From Nemertoderma westbladi (Eukaryota > Animalia > Xenacoelomorpha): a DNA stretch of 64,000 nt. The stretch covers positions 62,001 through 126,000 of the forward strand of contig JAUCBJ010008354.1 in the NCBI GenBank assembly GCA_032718475.1, in the 5' to 3' direction. The notes under the pieces were generated by a model. It saw only the letters and a program-made list of their open reading frames with translations. It did no database searches and had not been told where the DNA came from. Made by a program: the position numbers and the translations under genes. Position 1 is the first letter of the stretch. Every line of letters begins with the position of its first letter. This document shows positions 1 to 11,353 of the stretch, one piece after another.

Positions 1-16
1 TGAATATCAGAGTTCT

Positions 17-1645
17 ATGGTTATTGGAGCCGTGGCTTCTACTTTACCGAAGGGTGGAGTAGGTACACGCTGGGATAAAAAAGTGTTATATATGATGGAA
101 CAACAACGACGAGACCCTACCATGGCTGATCTCATGTCATTCTTAGATGGAGAAGTGAAATTACAGCTCCTAAAACAGTCCAGAGAGAAGACACCGGAAA
201 ACAAGGTAAGTGAGAAACCCGTTTCTAGGAGAAAGGTAACACCAGTGTGTTATACCGACGACGGCGAAAGCCAGACTTCTCAAGGGGAGGATAGCGGGAA
301 AGACACTGAAAGATCTTATTATGTCAATAAAACGCCTAAAGAACAGGTAAGTAAATTCAAGTCTCGAACCAATGACAGGAGAGAACAGGTAAGAAAAACT
401 CCTCCTACGTCTCCTAAGAGCATTCAGGTGAGAAAGCCCGAAGAAAGAACGAGTGTGCACAATGTTATTCAAAATAAGGTAAGTAACATCAAACCGAAAT
501 GTGCCCTATGTGACGGGACCCACCGTTTGAATATGTGTGATGAATTCCTGAAGAAATCATTAACGGAGAGACGGGAAGTCATGTGGGATAAGCGGTTGTG
601 TTATAATTGCCTCAGACAAGGACACCAACGGCGAACCTGTTACTCCGACACAAGGTGTGCAAAGTGTGGTGCGAAACATCATATCTTGTTGCACACTGAA
701 TTTGAGCGAAACAGCCAGAGTCAGGTAAGTGATTCCGAACTACATGTCCAATTCAGTGATGTGAACGACACTGACCAAAGTTCTGAGATGGAAGGATTCT
801 ATACAGATGAATTCTCCGACGAAGATGAATCCTGTTACATGATAAATACCGCAGTGTATCGAGCACTTACGTATGAAAAAGACACAGACAGCGACCTCAC
901 CCTAACTACTTCTGAGCGACAACCATCTTGGAAAGCGCCACCTTCCAATGTAGGAATCCGAGAATTTCCTGTAGTACAGGTAAGGGTCCACGGCCCTAAA
1001 AGGAGTTATGTAGTGAACGCCCTCCTTGACTCCGGTAGTACAGGAACATTCATCGACAAAGAACTAGCCGAAGACATCTTTGCTGGACAACCCAAGTTCC
1101 GAACTAAGCTAAACATGTCAGGAATTATGCAGGTTTGGAAATCTACAGTAATAGCGGATTATTATGTAGGTGCGTTGTCCACCCCCCAGGATGAACTAGG
1201 AGAACATAGTATAAGGTCAGTAAAAATGGTGGCGATAAAGAACTTCGTTACCACCCAAGTGGAACCATATAACTGGGATGAGGACGATTTCACCCAGCAG
1301 CTGGAAATACCTAGATTCAACACCGATTACCCTGGAGTGCAAATACTCATCGGTCAAAACGCGCATGAAGCGCTCGAGACATTGGAGAAACGGCCTGCTC
1401 AACCGCAACCACTACAAGCTTATGCGGGAAGAACTAGAGTGGGTTGGTACTTTACGGGCCCTTCCCGTAGAACTCTCCTGGAAAGATTACCGAAAGACCA
1501 GGTATATCAAGTAAGAGAATGGGAAGTCGAGGGCAGTGAGTTAGACGATCCAACTGAGGGAACACCATACTCCTCAGATAATGACGATGTCCACCAACTT
1601 TTCGATGAGGAGAATAGGAAAACGAGACTTGGCAAAACCAAGTGA
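17..1645 (+). pseudogene. gag: A1 gag C-terminal part plus aspartic protease (frameshifted from pol)
   Basis: Knuckles CALCDGTHRLNMC, CYNCLRQGHQRRTC, CAKCGAKHHILLH; protease ALLDSGS. A 16-bp deletion near 1617 relative to A2 shifts the frame. Confidence 0.9.
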
Positions 1646-3954
1646 ACTTATGTCAGCTCCTTCTTCTATCAGAACGAGACGACTATAACGACGAACTTAA
1701 TGACGTCATTGAACGTTATAATGCCAATACTCGGGATGAACATGCCGTACGATTCTTTACTCAAGAGCCTGTAGAGCCCAATTCCTACGATAAGGCCCTA
1801 TCGGTAGAGGAAGAAAGAGCCAAGCAGATCCAAGAGACAACTACACGTTTTATTAAAGATCAAGGTAGATATGAGATCGGTCTACCTTTCCGAAAGCGAG
1901 AACCAAAGTTCGTAAACAACAGACCCTTGGCGGAGAAAAGAATTGCTCATCTACATCGACGCCTTACGGCAAATTCTTCAGCTAAAGAAATGTATCAAAC
2001 GCAGTTGAAGAAATTTATTAGCAAGGGATATGCGGAGCTAGTACCGGAAGAAACACCTATAACTGAGAGAACGTATTATTTAACTCACCATTACGTTCCC
2101 AAACCCGGTAAACCCCATGAGGTACGAGTGGTGTTTGACGGCTCCGCCCTCTATATGGGCCAATCCCTTAATTCCGAATTGTTACCCGGACCCAACTTAC
2201 TCCAATCCTTGTTGGGAATACTCTTAAGATTAAGACAATATTCAATTGCTTTCGCCTCAGATATAGAAGGCATGTTCTTACAAGTCAAGGCGCTGGATAG
2301 GGATCGAGATAGCCTACGATTTCTGTGGTGGCCTGAAGGAGACCTCAACCAGAAACCGGTGGAGTACTGGATGACCATCCAGGCTTTTGGGATAATCTCA
2401 AGCCCTTCAAACGCCTGTTCAGTGGTGCGCACCACTGCGGATGACAACCGAGAAGCCTTTTCTAAAGAGGTGATTGACAACATCAAGCGGGATATATACA
2501 TGGACGATAATCTAAAGTCCCTTCCATCAGTCGAAGAAGCCATTGACGTCGCTAAAGGAACAGTAGAGTGCTTAAAAAGAGGTGGATTTCGATTAACTAA
2601 ATTCACCAGCAACTCCCGTGAGTTTCTGGAGTCGATCCCGGTAGAAGATCGAGGAGCGAAAGACCTAGATCTAATAAAAGATGATCTCCCAGAAACTAAG
2701 ACCCTTGGTTTGAAATGGGACACCGAAAGAGATATCCTGTTTTTTCAACTAAAACAGCGAGATAATCCAGTTCGGACTAAACGGATTTGTTTAAGTATCC
2801 TGAGCACTTATTTCGATCCATTGGGATTTATTAGCCCAGTTATATTGATTGCTCGGAGTTTAGAACAACAGATGTGGCTTGAAAACCACTCATGGGACGA
2901 TCCACTTAAGGGAGAATTATTAAAGAAGTGGATGAAATGGGAAGATTCTCTACCAGCCATCGAGAACTTTATAATTTCCCGTTCATATTTTGGTCATGTT
3001 CTCCCTACGTATTCCTATCAACTCCATGTGTTTGGAGACGCCAGCGATATGGGAATAGGTATAGTAGCCTACCTAAGGGTGGAAACTCCGGACAGAATCA
3101 AAGTCGCCTTGGTTACCTCTAAGGCATTGATAAACAACAAGTTGAAAGTTCCTCGAGCGGAGTTAAAGGCGGCTCTATACGCTACAGCCATCGGCCGGAA
3201 TGTAACAGAACAGATCGACTATCCACTGGAGAAAACTGTCTATTGGACCGACGCTTTACTCGTGTTGGAGTATATAACCAATGAAGTCTGTCAGTTCAGC
3301 GTCTTCGTTACCAACAGAGTAGCCATTATACTCAGTCATACAACGATGGATCAATGGAGACATTGCCCCGTAACCATTAATCCAGCAGACATCGCCTCCA
3401 GGGGAGCAACTCCACAAGAACTGGTAGATACTCCAGACTGGTTAGGTGGACCCGACTTCCTCTACAAAGAAGAAGAAGAATGGCCTCCTCATCTTACTAC
3501 CACAGAGATTAGACAGGCCAAGGGAGCGGAGAAAGTCAAACCTAAAACTCGGGCGAGTAAATCGAAGTTATTCAAACCCATGGTAGATCTGTCTGTACTA
3601 CATACTTCCGGAGACGACGCTTTGGATCAGAAACCCACAGCCACAAACAAACTTGTTGTGGAAATCCGTGAGAAGGATTGGAAATCTGGAATACCAGACG
3701 TTTCGCAAGGACTCTCACCTCTTCTGCAGAGAGCGATACATCACTACAGTTCCTGGAATCGGCTCTGTAAGGCCGTTACATATTTAAAGAGATGTTTTCA
3801 CCATCACTACTCCGGGATGAAGACCAAAAGTGATACCGCTCCAATAACATCGGTGAAGGTCCATGTTGTTAAAGATCTTCCCAAATATAAGATATCCGAC
3901 AGGTTTCTGAAGGAGAAGATCAGTTATCAGGAGCATGAAGAAACCAACAAGTAG
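1642..3954 (+). pseudogene. pol: A1 pol: reverse transcriptase and Pao-type RNase H
   Basis: Motifs RVVFDGS, DIEGMFLQV, YMDD, FDPLG, LHVFGDAS, WTDA, NPADIASRG. Ends at a CAG>TAG nonsense change (Q in A2). Confidence 0.92.
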
Positions 3955-5382
3955 ATGCTGAGACTCCTGCAATGCTATGAGGATTCCGATAAGTATTTCC
4001 TGTTGTTGAGAAATCCGCAGATGCGCTTAAGGGATCGTTTCTCTAGCACAATGATAGATGGGTTGATACGTATTGGAGGAATATTAACGAATGCTCCATT
4101 ATCCTTTGACACTAAGTTTCCCATACTTATTAGAAATCTTGAAATACAAGTCAAGATGATTGTAGACGTTCACAGCAAACTTTATCATGCTGGTAGAGAA
4201 CGAGTTCTTAGCGAAATTCGAACTCGCTATTATTTTTATAAACCCCGTAGAGCTCTGAACCAAGTTCTTAGGAACTGCATACCCTGTAGGAAAGCATTCA
4301 GTAGGCCTTTAACACAGCGAGAGGCAGAATTACCTAGGGAAAGAGTAAGCTTCTATGAACCACCCTTTACTAATACCAGTGTGGATTTATTTGGCCCTAT
4401 TGAAGTATATCGTGCTAGGACTATAGTCAAGAGATGGTATGTCATCTTTGTTTGTATGACTTGTAGAGCTATCCATCTCGATATGGTGAACGATTTATCT
4501 ACCAACAGCTTTCTATTAAGCTTACGACGACAGATCGCTCGCTTTGGCACTAGTAACACGATGAGATCTGATAAGGGAACAAACTTCATTGGTGCCAACA
4601 ATGAAATCAAAGCTTACGTCAAAGATTGGAACCAAAGACAGGTGGACGATCAGCTACGAGTAACAGCGTCTAGCTGGACCTTCAACGCCGCCGACGCCCC
4701 TTGGTGGGGAGGAAGTTGGGAGAGATTAATAAGAAGTGTGAAGACAGCATTTCACTTTATAGTGCCTTGCCGCGCGTATCTCACCGACGAACTTTTGCGG
4801 ACGTTAATGGAGGAAATCGCCGCCTATCTCAAAGAGAGACCGCTTATGCCAGTCTCATCGAATCCCGATTCCCTAGAAGCGCTAACACCCGCGCACTTCC
4901 TACTGAAGAAACCTGTAGCCATGCTCCCACAATCGGAAATCACAGACGGAGACGAATACTGCCGGCAAACTTGGCAACTCATGCAGTTGTTATCCCGTCG
5001 TTTCGCTGACCATTTCGAAAAACATTATCTGCCCACGCTACAACTTCGAACTAAGTGGTTTGCGCAGCAAGAAAACGTCAGCGCTGGAGACATGGTTCTT
5101 ATTGTGGATGTGGATCTTCCACATAAGCGGTGGCAGACAGGTCGTATCATCGAGACTCACATCTCGGATGACGGTTTGGTGCGATCGGTAGAACTCGTCG
5201 TCATGCGATGTAACTTCAAGAAACCGGGAATTGTCTTCGAGACACAGCAGCTCAATCGCCCAGTTGGTCGTTTATGTTTACTGGAAAGAGACAGAGAACT
5301 CTCCGGAAACTATGGGAGGCAAGATACTCTTCCCACGACAACCTCCCTAATCCAACAAACATCTAGGGACTCCCCAACTTAA
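3955..5382 (+). pseudogene. pol: A1 pol: integrase and C-terminal domain
   Basis: HHCC (H..YHAG...CIPC), VDLFGP, SDKGTNF, WERLIRSVK, LTPAHFL. In frame with the upstream RT after a single stop. Confidence 0.92.
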
Positions 5383-5927
5383 CAACGGCTGGAGTGGGTG
5401 TATGACTATATTTTATATTTGTTTTTATTCTTTATATTTATGTATATATTATTATGTAATTTTATTATAATCGTTTTCTTTAATTTTATTTAGTAGAATG
5501 TTATTTTAGCGATTATTTAGTAGATTAGTGCAATATATATTAGTGTTTATTACTTAATTACTTATATATTATATATTTAGTGCGACGGCGAGAAATAATT
5601 CTTGTTCTCCTTCGTTACTGTCCGTATTACATTACAAATACGTAACTACAGTAAGATGAAATGTCCGTACTTATTAAAGTACAATAAAGCTCCTACTATA
5701 TTTAAGTATTATTGGTAAGCAGAGTATTAGGAATGCAAAATTCAGATCCTCGTGTCTCGGCTAAACCAAGCTCTGGGTAGACCTTGGAAACGACTTGCCT
5801 CTTCTCACTGACATTGCTTCGTGCGATATTGCTCTCATACCGTATATTAAATAATACATATAGTAGCGTGATGTCCCTTTAACAGTAGCGTACAACGCAA
5901 ATAAATCTGTTAAACCCTTTGACCATC

Positions 5928-6195
5928 TGTAATTCTAGTCAATTAAGATATCGCGGCACCCACCGATATACTTGAAAGACAAAATTCTAGAATCAGTGGT
6001 TAACGTCCCCAGACAAGTTCTGGAATAAACTGGTGCCCATCCTAAATATTAATTATTAATATTTACAAAATCTGTCGAATTTGGATCCTTTAAAATTCTA
6101 GTCGATTAAGATATCGTAGCACTTACCGATACTCTTAAAAAGACAAAATTCCTAGAATCAAGGATCCCAGTCCCCAGACATGTTCTGGAATAAAA
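5928..6195 (+). repeat. Diverged direct duplication (about 165-bp spacing) in the pol-to-accessory ORF spacer
   Basis: AATTCTAGTC-ATTAAGATATCG...GACAAAATTC...TCCCCAGACA.GTTCTGGAATAAA occurs at about 5931 and 6095, and also in A2 at 25420-25700. Confidence 0.75.
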
Positions 6196-6830
6196 TTGTG
6201 TCTATTTAACATTAAATAATAAAATTTACGGGAATAAATTTAAATTCATATATTTTAATGAATTTAATAAATTGTCATTTTATACAATTTATAACATTCC
6301 CAAAATTCCATTAATTAATAGATCATGGGAGCGGAGATTCACCCTATTAAGTGTATTTGTGTACGAGAATCTCCAACATATAGTCAATAGCCGATAAAAT
6401 TCATAAAATCATAATATATAGAGAGGATATTGACAATTAAAGAATTACTATTAAATAGCATCCCAGATCTGTATGCATGAGAATTACCCTAATTCTACCG
6501 CTAGTTTTCCATAATGTCACCATAGTAACAACCACGCTAGAATTAGAAGTGAGATAAAAGAACAATAGAAAGCTTGCCCCATTGAATAGCATAGGGAATA
6601 AATAGCGCACTGCTAGTATCCAAGGATACATAATAAATAAAGTGACATTCTGGAAGGTACTGACTAACAGACAAATGGCCCGAATGTGTACAGTTTGTGG
6701 TAGTTGTGTTGAATTTGTGCGTTCATAGGTGAATGTTACTGCTAAAGTGTGTTTACAGTAGCTAGTCGCAATTGTGAAAGTAGCCCTAACTCTCCAGAAA
6801 GAACCTGAAGTACATCTAAGCCTTTGGGAC

Positions 6831-6977
6831 GGACAGTGGAGTGACTTGTGCCGGTTATCGTTGTCGTTGTGTAGCTACATCGTTGGCGAAAGCACAGCGA
6901 CGACGGTACATCGGCGCTGAGGATCTTACACTGTCCGGGGGCAAAAGAGGGGTAGGCAGCGACGCCCGCTAGCCTAA
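6831..6977 (+). promoter_or_regulatory. Conserved multi-stem RNA structure just upstream of the accessory ORF (candidate IRES or other cis element)
   Basis: Stems GGACAGTG/CACTGTCC, GTCGTTGTGT/GCACAGCGAC and TAGGC-AGCG/CGCT-AGCCTA, with compensatory changes among A1, A2 and A3. Confidence 0.55.
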
Positions 6978-7021
6978 TATATATAAACTCATTATAATAT
7001 TAATAAACTCATATAGCAGAT

Positions 7022-7582
7022 ATGACTGAGTTGATAGAAGATGATCTTGGTATCAGGGAGCGATATACTCTACCTTTACAAGCGTTTGTCGATAGCTTGA
7101 TACGCGGCGACGCTGGTCCAACTACTACGGAAGATGATGGTCGTTATATCGAACCGCCAATGTCCCAAGAGCAACTTACGCGTGAATTGGACTATCGAAA
7201 GTTCACCGCTCGCTATACGCATCGTAATGGTACGTATATGGACTTCTTAACTACTGGCCATCCTATCGATTTACATGATACGGACGATGTAGATACCGAA
7301 AGGGAAATGGTTTTATTTAAATATCATACCCAGCGGAGTCGGAACGATAAACCGAGAATAGAACACGAGAACTCTATTCGAAACAGACTCGAAAGGGAAG
7401 ACGTTGAAGAGCCGGATAAACGCAGCGACTTCAACGATTATCTGGAATTCTTGAGAGAGACATACCTCAATATTGCCAGTCAACAAAATCTCGAAACTCG
7501 ATATCCTCAAGGTATACATCATGACCCTATGATCGAACTCAAACGACTCTATTTCACTATGATATATCTTACCGCCGATTGA
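7022..7582 (+). CDS. A1 accessory ORF-X, upstream part (186 aa, unknown function), in frame with 7616-11275
   Basis: ATG-started ORF, conserved in A2 (24030-24590) and partly in A3; ends TGA-C. Confidence 0.85.
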   Translation: MTELIEDDLGIRERYTLPLQAFVDSLIRGDAGPTTTEDDGRYIEPPMSQEQLTRELDYRKFTARYTHRNGTYMDFLTTGHPIDLHDTDDVDTEREMVLFKYHTQRSRNDKPRIEHENSIRNRLEREDVEEPDKRSDFNDYLEFLRETYLNIASQQNLETRYPQGIHHDPMIELKRLYFTMIYLTAD

Positions 7583-7615
7583 CCGCTACCTGTCGTCCCA
7601 GATAGCTTCGAACAG

Positions 7616-10600
7616 ATGGAGGAATATTGTAAAACTGGAGAACGATCACCCGCGTTTCCCCTGCAGGACGTACGTCTTTGGTATTACTGCGACGAATGCC
7701 CTAGACCCAATCAGCAAACGGAAAGACATAAACATCCGCGGAGACGTTGCGCTAAACACAGTTTTACACGATATACTTATGGGAGTTTCGAGCGAAACCT
7801 GTTCGACGTATCCCCTACGGTCGCTCGACTCAAACGATCCTTGAACAAACCAATGATCAGAGTTCCGGAATACTCGGTCAGACCTCCTCATTCCTCAGTT
7901 AGACCTCAGACTCTTGATCCTAATAGTATCACGGATCCTCCCGAACTGTATTCGCTGTTCAAAGATCTAGTGTTACCCGAACAGTTGATCGGTGGCACTC
8001 CGGTAGTAGGCTCACTAGATATTCGCCAACCCTACCTAACTGGATTGGGACGCGGTCATCTAATATCGCCGTTTAACCCACACAACCGTCCCGGCTTCAC
8101 CTCGATACAACCCGTTACGGAAGTCGAAGAGAGCGTCGTACGAAACGCGTTAGACGCTATTCGGCAGAAAATCGGAAAGGGAACTTACGATTGTTTGGAG
8201 AAACGTAAATTGCAACAACAAGTCCAAGCGGTGAAGGAATTAGCTTTACCCCAGTTCGATAGAGAAATACAAGATCTTGAGGAGGACATCGAACGTGGAC
8301 GAACCTACTCTTTACAAGAGTTCCTAGATGAGTGTCTACAACAACAAGCGGAGGAAAATCAGCTCGAGGAGAGGCATATAGAACTAGATGAGAGAGAAGA
8401 AGCAGCTTTAGCTCAACCCGAAGCTCAAATCCTTATGACGGATCTCTACTCTAAAACCATCCTTCATCCCTCGATGTTTCCCCATTTCGGAGACAAACTC
8501 TTTGCGACGGTACAACCCCAACCGGTTGATATCAACCTAAGATCTAGAGATCTTATCGCTGACGCTCCCATGTTGCAACGTCCGCCCATCGAAGCCGCTC
8601 GTGTCGATGGTATACTCGTTGAACCTCCGGACAATAGAGCGGATCTTGTCCGCCGCATGGTACACGATGTTAACATACACGCTAGACCTTTACCGGACTC
8701 GTTTTATGGGATCAAAGATCACCCTTATTACGTCAACCTAACACAATATTACATGGTAAAACCGGAAGATCCTACACATAGTCTGAGGTTTCTGCCACTC
8801 ATAAATCCTCTCGATCTTGTCGAACTCGAACAACTGCATAAACATCTGGATCAGTTAGTTAAAATAAACTCATTTCGAAAACCATACAATGTTTCCAGAA
8901 TAGAGAAAGAAACAATACCTCCGTATAATCTTGATGGATTCATCAAAACTCGTTTAGTACACTGGAATCTTGACGTGTTATTCGAGGAGGAAAGAATACA
9001 ACGATATGGAGATGTGGAAACATATACTACGCAATATTTAAAGTATAGAGACCTACCTAATGCTAGCGAATGCGCTACCTTGTGGCATCCAGTGGGAATG
9101 ACCCTCGAAAACGCCACTAAAGAGTGGAACGAGACTCTTAACGTTATCGAGATGTATGGAGTTGTCACTTATGACAACGAAGGTAGCGTTCCGGTTGGAG
9201 AACTGGGAACTACGCGGATGATACACATACGAGGACTCGCTGGTTCTACCCACGTATTTACTCGAGCGTGTTCTGATGTAATTGATTATTCTTTTGAAAC
9301 TCTTACTGAGACACAAAAGAGACTCCGACATGGACAATTCGAGCTCGCGCAGCGTTACGTCGCCGACACCGAGCGCAAACCGGCCATGGGTATCGATGGA
9401 TCGATGTTACCCCAGCCCGTGCTCGAGATGTTGTTTAACAAAAGAATCCTTAAAATCGGCTCAGCTGTTTATGGAGATCTACAAAACGACTTTCGGAATA
9501 TGGAGAACATTCCATACCCTTTCGTGGATACTCAGCTGATTGCTCCCTGGGCAGAAGGCCGAGGTTTCTTCCGCACTATGTATGCCAATACACCCAGCGG
9601 CATTACTAAAGTACAACGAACCTCCATCGGACATCTTGCCTTTCAAGAATACGGATGGAATTTCAAGGTTGGAAATCCTATAAATTACCAACAAGTATAT
9701 GGAGATCATTATTCTCGTTTATACTTTGATGGACCATTGACCGCACCTGGCGCCGTGTATAGCTTTATGAGTGTTCCACTTCGTCCCTCCTTAGCTATAT
9801 ACACGATCTTTGAAAACGCAGCACTTGCCGGTTGGCTAGCCGATGTGTGCAGTCGTACCATACGCGCCCATCCCTTAATACTTGGAACCAAACTCGCCAA
9901 GTTAGATGAACACAATAAATTCATCCGCTTCGAATGTTTCAGGCGCTTTCTGACTCCGTTCCGTAACGTTGATAGTCAGTTCAAGGACCGCGCTCTGACC
10001 AAACTCAGCCTAAGAGACTCAGCTGCGGAGAAGCTAAACAGCGCGGGATTTGCCCTCTTTCAGGACGTTTGTATACAGAACTTACATTCATCTGTTATAC
10101 AAAGACCCCGAATACCCACGGGTTATTCTGTTGTGGAAGTTCAGACAGTGGGTCCGCTTGCGGAGACAGCCGCACCTACCTCAGCTATGCAATTGGAAGA
10201 CGAACCAATCTGCTTAGAGTCTGAAGCGATCCAGCCTACAGCGCCCCGGAGCAGCGATAACGATTACGTCTTGGAGTGGTATCAAGGTCCACAATGTCTC
10301 ACCGCATACGATTATCGACACGCCAACTACGTTTCTCGAAAACGTTGTCGATTATGCGCATCGAGAGACCATTTCACTCCTATGGACTCAGACGTACCCT
10401 GCTCCTATTTCCACGAACAACTGATGATGGAGATCTATTGTGCGTATTGCAGACTTAATAACTCGCATATTTTTGCAGTCTGCCCCCAATTTATGACCCA
10501 ATGCCACCACTGTCAACTTAAAGGACATGCCAATTATAATTGCCCCTTTAACCGCGATTTAGAAAGCGTAGATGAGATGATTACCCTGCGCTACATCCGA

Positions 10601-11275
10601 GCTTGGGAAGCGAACGCGGATTTACATTGTGAGTCCCGCCATCGCTACTACCCTGGACGCTCTTACGAGGGAGTTTACGCGTTCCATCCTTATTTATTCG
10701 CGTCTGTGGAACAAAAAACACGCACACCGAGTTACGAACTAATGAAGCGTGTTGGTGAGTGTATTTCCACCAAATTTGTTCGAAAATATCTTAGGAACGT
10801 CAATCCTAACGATATTACTTCATATCATTTGATCAATTTCATCCGTCAAGACCCTGAGTATGGCGATTTATTTATCAACTCGCACCCTGAGTTACAGGAA
10901 GTATCTCGACGGCCCTACGAATATCGAGCCCGAGAACACGAGCTGGAAAGAACCATTAAACCAAGGAAGTTTCTCACCACTCACGGTCCGCCTACCGCCA
11001 TTGTCCAGACGACCCGTCAAGGACCCGTAGGAGCTGCTGTCCTAAGACGCGCCCTAAAGGCCGTTAGACCTCGCTCCACTGAAGTTGATATCGATCAACC
11101 AGGTACCTCGACCGGCGGATACACCGATCGTAATCCTAAACCTTCTGATGCAATTGTATTGCACCCTTCACCCAGGAGTTACAGCCCTCCTAGTAAAGTG
11201 GCTCGCCCCAAAGAGAAAAGGACTCTTGCTAGCCTCAAAAAACTGCGTAAACGCCGTCCGCGTAAGAAAGACTAA
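7616..11275 (+). CDS. A1 accessory ORF-X main part: coiled coil, DEDDy-like 3'-5' exonuclease fold, three zinc knuckles, basic tail (1219 aa)
   Basis: Exonuclease-like motifs VTYDNEGS, LKIGSAVYGDL, FVDTQL, SIGHLA and PLRPSLAIYTIFE. Knuckles CRLC..H..C, CAYC..H..C and CHHCQLKGHANYNC. C-terminus KKLRKRRPRKKD. Confidence 0.85.
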   Translation: MEEYCKTGERSPAFPLQDVRLWYYCDECPRPNQQTERHKHPRRRCAKHSFTRYTYGSFERNLFDVSPTVARLKRSLNKPMIRVPEYSVRPPHSSVRPQTLDPNSITDPPELYSLFKDLVLPEQLIGGTPVVGSLDIRQPYLTGLGRGHLISPFNPHNRPGFTSIQPVTEVEESVVRNALDAIRQKIGKGTYDCLEKRKLQQQVQAVKELALPQFDREIQDLEEDIERGRTYSLQEFLDECLQQQAEENQLEERHIELDEREEAALAQPEAQILMTDLYSKTILHPSMFPHFGDKLFATVQPQPVDINLRSRDLIADAPMLQRPPIEAARVDGILVEPPDNRADLVRRMVHDVNIHARPLPDSFYGIKDHPYYVNLTQYYMVKPEDPTHSLRFLPLINPLDLVELEQLHKHLDQLVKINSFRKPYNVSRIEKETIPPYNLDGFIKTRLVHWNLDVLFEEERIQRYGDVETYTTQYLKYRDLPNASECATLWHPVGMTLENATKEWNETLNVIEMYGVVTYDNEGSVPVGELGTTRMIHIRGLAGSTHVFTRACSDVIDYSFETLTETQKRLRHGQFELAQRYVADTERKPAMGIDGSMLPQPVLEMLFNKRILKIGSAVYGDLQNDFRNMENIPYPFVDTQLIAPWAEGRGFFRTMYANTPSGITKVQRTSIGHLAFQEYGWNFKVGNPINYQQVYGDHYSRLYFDGPLTAPGAVYSFMSVPLRPSLAIYTIFENAALAGWLADVCSRTIRAHPLILGTKLAKLDEHNKFIRFECFRRFLTPFRNVDSQFKDRALTKLSLRDSAAEKLNSAGFALFQDVCIQNLHSSVIQRPRIPTGYSVVEVQTVGPLAETAAPTSAMQLEDEPICLESEAIQPTAPRSSDNDYVLEWYQGPQCLTAYDYRHANYVSRKRCRLCASRDHFTPMDSDVPCSYFHEQLMMEIYCAYCRLNNSHIFAVCPQFMTQCHHCQLKGHANYNCPFNRDLESVDEMITLRYIRAWEANADLHCESRHRYYPGRSYEGVYAFHPYLFASVEQKTRTPSYELMKRVGECISTKFVRKYLRNVNPNDITSYHLINFIRQDPEYGDLFINSHPELQEVSRRPYEYRAREHELERTIKPRKFLTTHGPPTAIVQTTRQGPVGAAVLRRALKAVRPRSTEVDIDQPGTSTGGYTDRNPKPSDAIVLHPSPRSYSPPSKVARPKEKRTLASLKKLRKRRPRKKD

Positions 11276-11345
11276 CTGTTTAGAGTATTTTTATATTTTA
11301 GAAACTGTGATTTGTTATATTTTATAGACTTAAATCCCATTTTCT

Positions 11346-11353
11346 GGGAGCGG
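11346..11353 (+). promoter_or_regulatory. Short polypurine tract of A1
   Basis: GGGAGCGG immediately precedes the LTR start TGTAAA; identical in A2 and A3. Confidence 0.75.

Noticed and set aside
1610-1645. Programmed gag/pol frameshift in A1
   Set aside because: A2 is continuous here; A1 has a 16-bp deletion.
3952-3954. Readthrough stop before the integrase
   Set aside because: A2 has CAG here, so this is a copy-specific nonsense mutation.
7616-11275. Accessory ORF as an envelope gene
   Set aside because: No signal peptide or transmembrane anchor is evident; it has nucleic-acid-binding knuckles and a basic tail instead.
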